Assembly (NCBI RefSeq): GCF_000327385.1
Contig: NW_008708401.1
Coordinates: forward strand, 437,969 to 501,968
Length of the DNA: 64,000 nucleotides
Origin: Lottia gigantea
Taxonomy: Eukaryota
Reading direction: 5' to 3'
The position numbers and the translations under genes are program-made. Shown in pieces: positions 55,614-64,000 of this stretch (its first letter is position 1; each line of letters starts with the position of its first letter). Under the pieces are notes generated by a model. That model was not told the DNA's origin. It worked only from the letters and a program-made list of their open reading frames with translations, and did not search any database.

Positions 55614-58600
55614 ATTTTAAATTATTCCTTGATTTTAACTATGAATTACAGTGCTAAAAGGTTATTATTTATGTTTTTAACAAGTGGGATCATTCTGTAT
55701 GTGTGGTGTTGAAACTTTATTACAAGATATTGTGATACTTGGTTTATCTCTCCAAAAATATGCTTCAAATGTTACAGTATTTGTAGGGATGGGTTTAGAT
55801 CAAAAACTATTCCTTTCAAATATTAGAAACAGTATTTTGTTAGCATTGACTATAAATGTTCAGGTCTCTAATCTACTATTACTACTGGAGTAAACAATAT
55901 TGTGTTATTGGTATTTGCTGTAGTCTTCAATTCTTAAAGGCATTGATATAGGTCATAATATAAAGTCTTTAAACCATATGCTTGCAAAATAAAGATTAAT
56001 TAAAAAGGTTAATTATTGATGATAATTTGTTGGTCTATACTTTGTGTAGGTGTAATTATTATTGAGGATATTACACATTATTGTTTATAATTGATATCAT
56101 TATGGCACTTTAAACATTGTAGCTATATGTATCATTATTATTATTATGATTATTTCATTATGAGCATTATATTATTATTATTATTATTAAAATGTTTGTT
56201 TATGACGTAACATTATTATCATTATGATTATTGTAACATTGTAGCTACATACAGCTCTCATTATGATCATTTATAACATTGTAGCTATACAAGACTATGA
56301 TAATAGCTATTATGGCCCTAATGTGACTATCAGACAACGCTCTGAATATGAAGGTAACATTTACTATTTTTGATAGTGGTAAAAGTGACTATGTTTTATC
56401 ATTTTCTTGCATTTTATGTTGTAATTTTTGGTTTCATTTGTAAATTATGTTTTTCAGTTTATTTATTTAATTCAGTCATGGATTTTGTTTGAAAAGATCA
56501 AAAATGTAAAAATAAAGATAAGGAAGAAAGATATAGATATTTCTAAAATAAGAAAAAAATTCTGAAATTTTGAATTTGATAAATCACCAATATTTTATTA
56601 AAGATTTTTAAAATTTGAACTAATTTTTTAAATAATTTTAGCTGTTGAGGGTCACAGAACAGTTTTTGAATATGGTAAGGGTTCGAATTAATAAGCTTGA
56701 TACAGAATTCAGCCTGCTTGTTTTTTATAGAATGGTCATCGTGTTAAAGGATGAATTCCACTCCAGCTTAAATTGAAACAGATTTTAATCCATCTGTCAA
56801 AGATATTGTGTTTATTATTTCTTAACAAAAACAAAAAATAAGGATTTGTATGAAAAAAACCCTAAATGCTTTGTAGATAGTTTACATTTTTAGGAATTTT
56901 TCAGTTTTATAAATGATTCGATGACTAAATATCCAATATTTATGTAAAAATTGCCAATTCTTTAATGTAATCATTCATGCTTGTGGCCCAATATTTTGAA
57001 ATGAAAAAGTTTAAGTATTTAGAATGTCGCATTTTTCTTATGTTTGTGTTACAATTTTTTGCTTTGGCTTTTATCATTTTATTATATGTATTTTGTTTAG
57101 TTTAAATTCATTATTTTTTTTATATAGTTGCTTCATTTTAAGGCAGTGTTCATCATGTTAAAATATAGCCTGAAACACGCTTATTCTTTCCAGATTGTTA
57201 GACCATATATAACTAATAGTTTTGAAATTAGCTACCAGCCAAAATAAGAATCAGCTGGTTTCAGACTAAGTTTTATTTTAATCATGACATATAATGTCTG
57301 GAATGTTTTGTGCTATATTTCTATCTTGAGGATATTCATCTCCATGGCCGTTTCATTTCATTTCTATCTGGGGGATTGGTTGGTGAGGATTAGGTTATGC
57401 ATGAAGAGATCTTGGTCTGGTGATTTGAATTCTCTAGATATTTATTTATTATTGTATTTTAGTTTTGTGCCAGTTGTCATGTTAAATTGTACTATTTATT
57501 ACAGATCTTTCAGTTTAGTAGTAGAGCATGGCTATGCAATCATTTAATATGTTTTGGCTTTCAGCTTTATTTTCCATTTGTGATTGCCTATTCTAATTTT
57601 GATGAACGAATTTTTGCAAAACAAATATTTTTTTAAGAGTGATAGTTGGTAAATGTGAATCAAGATGCATTGTAAAAGTAATATTTAATACTTTATGGGG
57701 AAAATTTGTAAATTTTGTTCATGCCCTTTTATAAGTGATATTTGTGAATGTTTTAGAATCAAAATTTCCTATGAATAAACAAACCAATTACTAACGATCT
57801 TAGCGGCTAAACCAAACCAAAACAACATATTGGTGAAAAATTATTACACTCTACGTTGTCTGTTCAAAATTTTACTAAATTCTCTTTGGGGAAAGTTTCA
57901 TTTCAACAAAGTATTTATTTTGCTGTTTACTTTGTCATTTCAGATGATTTGAGTGATTAAAGAAATCCTTCCAAATAAACAACAATAGATAGAAGAATCT
58001 CATAAATGATACAATAATTAATGGAACCAAAAACAGTTTGAAAATGGAACCGTAAGCACAATTAGTTAATGACAAATTGTGCTTATAAAACAATTTTCAT
58101 ATTATGGACATCGCATAATTTTATTATTTGACATAATTAAACTCCCCATAAAAGAAGGAGAGGGTTAGAAAATTTGCCTATCGCTCATTTATAGTAGTAG
58201 TAAATATTATGTCACCCATCGTAAAATAATATATTGGCGCTGTCTAAAAATTAAGCTTATTTTGCCCTATTCACTGAATTAAATTAGTAAAAAGCATATT
58301 TGATAATGTCAGCAAATACTTCATTATACAATAAGAATTTTCTATTTCATTATATATATATATATTGTTATATACTTCGTTACGTTATTGTACGTTTAAA
58401 AATTTGTAAATAGAAAATTATGGTGAATAACAATGGTGTCGTCCAGTAACATTGGTCAGTGATCACTGATTATAATTCCACAGTTCTCCCTAGACCAAAA
58501 TTTTGAGGAATTCAAAACCTTCTCGTCTTTGCAATAGATTGCACAGAGTTTGCAGAGCAATAGCACCATCCGAAGAGGAACTGTCTTATGGATCAATATA

Positions 58601-61196
58601 AACTGAACTCTCTGCTGGGGGTCACCAATATAAAAAGCTATTGTCTCTTTTAACAATTTACTGAATAGATTTTTTTAATAATATTTTATACTAAATCATA
58701 TATTGTACAGATATTTTTATAATAAATATTATATACATAATCCTAGGTTTATCTCACTTGCGTTATGAATTTGGTTTGGTCCAGAATAATTACCAACGTT
58801 GATTTACTATCTTATCTCATTGGGTTTTGTCCTTGGTTTATAACACTGCATCCAAAGCTTTTTGGATTATTTTTGCTCTGTTTAACGGTATCATCTGTTG
58901 TTAGCCTTATACCCTTTTTCCCAGAGATATCAAAATTGAAAGCCAAAATCTGATGAATGTTCAATGAAAGGTTTGGAATGGATTTGGTTTCTCTTTCAAA
59001 GGTACAGTCCACAAAATGCTTGGTCGGCACAACTCTTTGAAAATAAACCAGGAAGCTTTTTGTATACCCACTTCAAACGAAATATTGCGTCAAACAATGT
59101 GGTAGAATTGTGTTTTGCAGAGGTTCGATTGCCAACTACCCAAAAGGGTGGTTTTATATGGACTTATTTCTTGCATTTTATGACCGACCAGATCACAGAT
59201 GTATTTTCTTTGTTTAATGTCATCGTTGAATATCCCCACATCATACGAAAAAACGTAAAGTTCTTACAAGAAAATAACACACGCGAACGTAGTTCACAGA
59301 CATTTTGAATATCTACCAAGCCCCCACCAGTATCCCAGCTTTGCTTTGGGTAATTTCCAATTTGACATAAATATCTATATGTTTCGTTGGTCAGTCTTAA
59401 AACAGTACCATCGATATGAATTATACAAAATTTTATATACAACTTTATTGTAAAATCAATTTGTACGATAGGTTCCTATCTGACATTGACGTAAAAATAT
59501 AAAATATATCAAAAACTAAAATAACTATATTTATAATATACAATTGATGAGTAATTTTCTGGTTATTCTATACTTATAATAAAATGTCATTAAACACATA
59601 AAAGAAGAATGGTAATTAAAATGATTCAAATAAACTGACACGCCCATCCTTTAAAAAGAAATACAATTTTCCAGTTAATGTTAGCGTCGATTGAATAAAA
59701 AAAAATAGAATCTACGACGCCAAAGTACCGTTTGTGCGGGAAAAGACGTTTCGAATACGATTTAAAAGCGTAATTTTTTGTGGGCTCTTGCAATGAAATA
59801 CAACCTAAATTATTTGGTATGCATCATTCAAGCACCATCCAACACTATTGAGACAATTATTTTATAAGGTCACATCTATAGTAATTTCTTGACCATGATA
59901 ATGAAACATAAAATATTAGTAATATACAATATGCATACAAAATGTACATTGGGATATTTAGTACCAGTAGTCTCCATGCTCCAGCCATATTTAGTCTGTC
60001 AGCAATATTCAAGCAATGCTACTGTCCGTGGTAGTATTCCAATGTAGCTTGAATGTGCCTATCGTAGTCCGTGACAACCATACATCGACATATTCCGTCG
60101 CAAACTGTCCACAACAAAGCGGAGCTGGTTATAAGAGGCTTTAAATATCGCTGACCGTCTTTATGACCGGACAATGAAAACTTGACGGAGATATTTAAGA
60201 TACGATGTGGAAAATTTCTATATGGGATACTAATTGAGTAATACTAATGGTTATTTAAAATTCATAAACTTAACAAAATGTCAGAGAAATTGTTGAAAAA
60301 CGATCAAATTCAGCCTAAAATCTCATAATCATAGCTTTGGTAAAAATGTACAAAATATCTGGAAAACCATTTACCTTACCTAACCAAGTTTTCATTTCCA
60401 TATACTAATGGACTATTTTGCTCTTAATATCATAGACACTTATAATGGAACTTCTATACGCGGTTAAATTAATGCAGCGTTCTTTAAAAAATGTGACATT
60501 TTCCTTTTTAGGCATTCCAAAGATGGAATGCAATAAAATACAAAAACGCAAGTCTTGATCTGCTTGTATCAATGAAACATTAATTATTCATTATTCTAAG
60601 GCTATTCAAAAATATCTTCGCGAATATCGGGTTCATACCCCACCCCCTTCAAAAAATATTTGAGTAGTTTTCTTCTGTTAAAATGTTCAAAGATTCACCT
60701 TTTATTTACACCAATTCTTCTATTTTTTAATTAAAGAGCTCCTATATTTTGATGTGATCGGCTTCCTGAAAAAAGATATCAAACTTTCAGTAAGTCCACC
60801 ACAATGACACTATATACACGATCGTTCCATGGAGATGTAAAACAAAATAAGACGACATATTTCTGTCCAAAACAATCCAGCTTCAGTGAAGCGAATGTAA
60901 TACCCGATTTGATAAATTTCTCAAAACTATGATTAGTTGAATTTACCCCACAGACTACTTAAATGAGGTATCGGAAAGATATTTATCATCCATAGGATTA
61001 TCTTAAAAATGAACTGAATTATTAGCTTAAATCACATAATATAGGACACAAAAGTACGAAAATATACAGCACAGGTGCATGAATAAAAAAGAAATGGAGC
61101 TTAATAAAGTGTTGGCAGGGTATCACCGCGCCGTTTTAATCGAGTGCAACAAGTACCTATTGGACTACCTCTTGAAGTTAAAAAATATTGAAACTT

Positions 61197-63792
61197 TTAC
61201 TTACGACCGAGTGTTCCTTTAACAGACCGTCCACCATATCCAAAATCTGACTGAGGTCGTTTTCGTTCAGCAGGGTGTTTTCCTGTCAAATCTCCGGTTA
61301 CTCGTAAGACTTTACTACTAGGACCGATAGTGGAATCTGCTTTACGGTACATACCAGGTGGGGAGCTGTACACACTACCAGCAGTGCTGTATTTCAGATG
61401 ATTGTGACCTGAAAGGAATATGATTGTGGAGGGTGTTATTAGTATTCAGATTAACTGGTTGGAGTGGTCACCTAACATCGGGGCATTAAAGATGCTTCGC
61501 ATATCATCATATGACATGGAATCCTCTATTTACTAAAAGATGAATATTTTGATTGTTGCTTGCTTGGAGGGAATACTAAGGCGTTTTTGTCACCGTGCCC
61601 TCCCCATTACGGCATAGATTCTTCAGTCCCTAAAGGAAATATCAAGGATGACATACCTGGATCTCCATTGAGATGAATTGGATCAGAGTATAATCCTGGA
61701 TTATTGACGTATATAACCGAACCAGGTCGGGATTTATAACTTGGTGGGGCCAATATTACTGACTCGTTATAAACTGTATCTCTATCATCCTCAAAATATA
61801 TTCCTTCTACGCCCATATTCACCAACTGTCGGACTTTTGGTAAAAACATAGCAAATAGAACCAAGGTTGCTAAGGAGAAAGAAAATAAAGACTGGTTTTA
61901 ATATTAAGAAATACAAAGTAAAATGGAGCAATGATGTATATTTGTACGGTTTAGGTAAAGCAAACAGTGGTGTTTCTACGAGGTCAGAAAATGGGCTTTG
62001 CAGGTTTTGCCCCCACGCCCCATATCTATATTTCTTATCACTCTGTAGTAGGCCATTTGGGAACAATGGAGGGAAGATCTAATTGCTATTTGGGAAGATT
62101 TGGCTATATTTATGGTAAGCGGTACACACACCAACATACTCCATTGTTAGCAAACAAATTCAAGCTTACTATTATTACTAAATGAAATGAATTGAATGGA
62201 CTTTTACGTCCTACTTTTTCGCATCTGAGGAAATAGGAAACGTCATGCAATCTGCAATGGTCCAACCTTAGTAAGCCACAACATCTCCCAAATAAAAACA
62301 AAACACGCACCTGTTAAAAAGAGACCAAGCGCTATACAACAATCACCAAACTCTTGAGCATAACCATGATCTCTATTTAAACCTCCAACTAAGGTCCAGG
62401 CCAACCAGATGGGAATGGAGAAACCAGCTGATATACCAATGAATATACTTTCTCTATTGTTGGTGATGATACCATGTGATTTCAGGGCCAATATGGTGGT
62501 AATCAGAATTAATACCATGATGTAGATCAGAGACAAGACGTGGTTCTCAAACTCTGTTCTTACGAACCCACCCATATCTTTCCAACCTGAAACAAATTAA
62601 CGTAGGTTATATCATGTCCGCAAGCAGATACACATTACTTTGCTCAAGATGAGATAAGGGTACAACGCCGCAACCCTCAATGTGGAGTTAAGGAATTTCC
62701 CTATTTCTCTTCATATATAGCTGCTATACTACCACACATGAAACAATTTATTTCAGCATAGCAATATCGCTTTGTAAATAACTAAACCATCAGACAATGT
62801 CTTGGTGAATAAGTTAGTTTGTGCAATGAGCGTGAAAATGTCATCGACGAAATAAAACCGTTTTCCAAAATCAAATAGCCCTTAGGCTATTGTTATTCTG
62901 TGTATTTTCAAATATGCTGCATGCAATAGTTTAAGTAACTGAATTGTTAACATGAGCTCAAATGAAAAGATAGTGAAAAATATAAATTACCTGAACCAGC
63001 AGTCCATGTATAATGATTACAGATCCAATATTGTTCTCCTCGGTTATCCATAACCTTAATAGCCTCTGGTGGTACAGTTATTAACCACTGGATAGCGATG
63101 ACTACCTGGACTCCGACAGCAAACATAAACATGAGGAACTGGTAAATACCCTTGAGGTAGTTGGGTGACTCAATATCTCCTGGTAGAAGAGACTCTGATG
63201 CCTTAGATGTCAGAATAACCATAAGCTTCACCAGCAGTACAGAAAACATGATGGCGTAAGACACACCGACTCCGAATCTGGTGATACCACAAGTAGCTTT
63301 GGTTGGGATTGGGATGTAGGCAAATAGTGTCAAATAACTGAGGAAAATACCGAAAAGCAGAAGTTGACCCAACCAGACTGTTCTCCATTTGTGACTGTTG
63401 TGAGTACCTAGTAACTTATACATGACATAAATTTCAAAAACAAAGACGGCAAAAATACCAAGACCGGCCAAAACACCAAGAGCGATAATCCATTTTTGTC
63501 CGATTTCAAATCGGGTCATGTACTCTCCCATTGTTCTGTTCTGGGAAGCGTATGCCCCAGTTATCTCCTGCATAGTTGGATAATACACCATGGCCTGTTT
63601 GCCACCTTCCAATGGGTCTCTAGTAGTACTTTCAGGAGCCGACGAGGCAGGAGTGGTAGATGTTAGTGCCTGAGTAGACGGTGCCTCGTTGCAGACCAAA
63701 CATGGCGTATCTGGGCATCGGCCTCCTGGATAATAATTCCTGACCAAAATTCTTGTTTGAGACAGGCCAGTACTGTTCACATACTTGCCGAC
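61197..63792 (-). CDS. Second class C GPCR, 3' portion (the VFT exons lie beyond the window edge past 64000). Exons, minus strand in transcript order: 62991-63792 (linker RCPDTPCLVC, Ser/Thr-rich stalk, TM1-4), 62321-62586 (TM5-7), 61657-61869 (end of TM7 with the FLPKVRQLV PK motif and the tail), 61197-61408 (terminal tail exon, TAA at 61197-61199). If the 61655-61656 donor is not used, the CDS instead reads through to the TAA at 61607-61609.
   Basis: Minus-strand ORFs 62947-63780, 62243-62575 and 61607-61864 join through GT-AG sites with phase continuity (1,1,1). Class C signatures are present: a Cys at the top of TM3 (CGITRFGVGVSYAIMFSVLLVKL) and PK after TM7. A minus-strand acceptor aatttcag lies at 63793-63800, so the gene continues upstream outside the window. 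Confidence 0.55.
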
Positions 63793-64000
63793 CTGAAATT
63801 GAGAATACCGGACAGTTTAATCAATACACATTCAACTGGCTCTTCAGCTAATCTTGATATCTGGAATAGTCAGAATTATAATTGAACAAGCCCTCTTGGT
63901 GGAGTTTGTCCTGGCGAATGCTATTGTAAATAGAATTTGATTTCAGGGTGAATTGTAGAGTCATTTTATCAATCCTTTTGTCGATCTTTCTTCCCTTGAA

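Noticed and set aside
61607-61609. The TAA stop terminating ORF 61607-61864 (-), as the true end of the minus-strand GPCR.
   Set aside because: Not rejected outright. A strong donor CCAG|GTATGT at 61655-61656 and an in-phase downstream exon (61197-61408) with a 70-codon open frame make the spliced isoform more likely. Both are mentioned.
184-63780. Several of the ORF-track Met starts (for example 13047, 29797, 43283, 62947-63780).
   Set aside because: On inspection these begin at TTG or GTG, so the track uses alternative starts. In this eukaryotic context the reading frames continue upstream to splice acceptors. The M positions were not used as gene starts.
1-64000. Searched for tRNA, rRNA or snRNA genes, using cloverleaf hallmarks such as GGTTCGAATCC T-arm motifs.
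   Set aside because: No convincing structured RNA gene was found. The GGTTCAACC-containing segments lack acceptor-stem complementarity and are treated as repeat fragments.

Overview
The window is eukaryotic genomic DNA, not prokaryotic. It is AT-rich (about 35% GC), genes are split by GT-AG introns, AATAAA poly(A) signals follow them, and there are SINE/MITE-like dispersed repeats and minisatellites. The gene content points to an invertebrate metazoan, possibly a bivalve mollusc: an intronless IFIT-like gene, VWA matrix-type proteins, Met/Gly-rich secreted repeat proteins and class C GPCRs. This taxon call is only an inference from gene content. All exon coordinates were traced by hand (canonical splice sites, phase continuity, domain motifs) and may be off by a few nt. 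Gene order: (1) the 3' terminal exon of a Ser-rich low-complexity protein (1-1848, + strand); (2) a secreted protein with three VWA domains plus Thr/Pro-rich and poly-Gly linker exons (2886-8207, +); (3) a secreted Met-rich protein carrying two different tandem repeat arrays, about 24 copies of MPGPMGG-type heptads and about 11 copies of MDPRAAMMG (10363-15541, +); (4) an intronless 959-aa IFIT-like TPR protein (20233-23112, +) preceded by a 49-bp minisatellite of about 15 copies; (5) a TRM44-like AdoMet methyltransferase with a C-terminal CCCH zinc finger (28515-33901, +); (6) a coiled-coil protein exon on the minus strand; (7) a small secreted Arg/Asn-rich basic protein (37997-39046, +); (8) the highlight, a giant class C (metabotropic-glutamate-like) GPCR of about 3020 aa (40796-55613, +) whose ectodomain is five tandem Venus-flytrap (ANF-receptor / type I periplasmic-binding) modules; (9) a second class C GPCR on the minus strand, convergent to the first and cut off at its 5' end by the window edge (61197-63792). 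In the five-module GPCR the full nine-Cys domain is replaced by short C-x(3-5)-C-x2-C linkers between modules, and a His/Gly/Ser-rich tail follows the 7TM. Several dispersed repeat families are present, including a roughly 310-bp foldback element and a roughly 270-bp SINE-like repeat. No rRNA, tRNA or CRISPR features were found.
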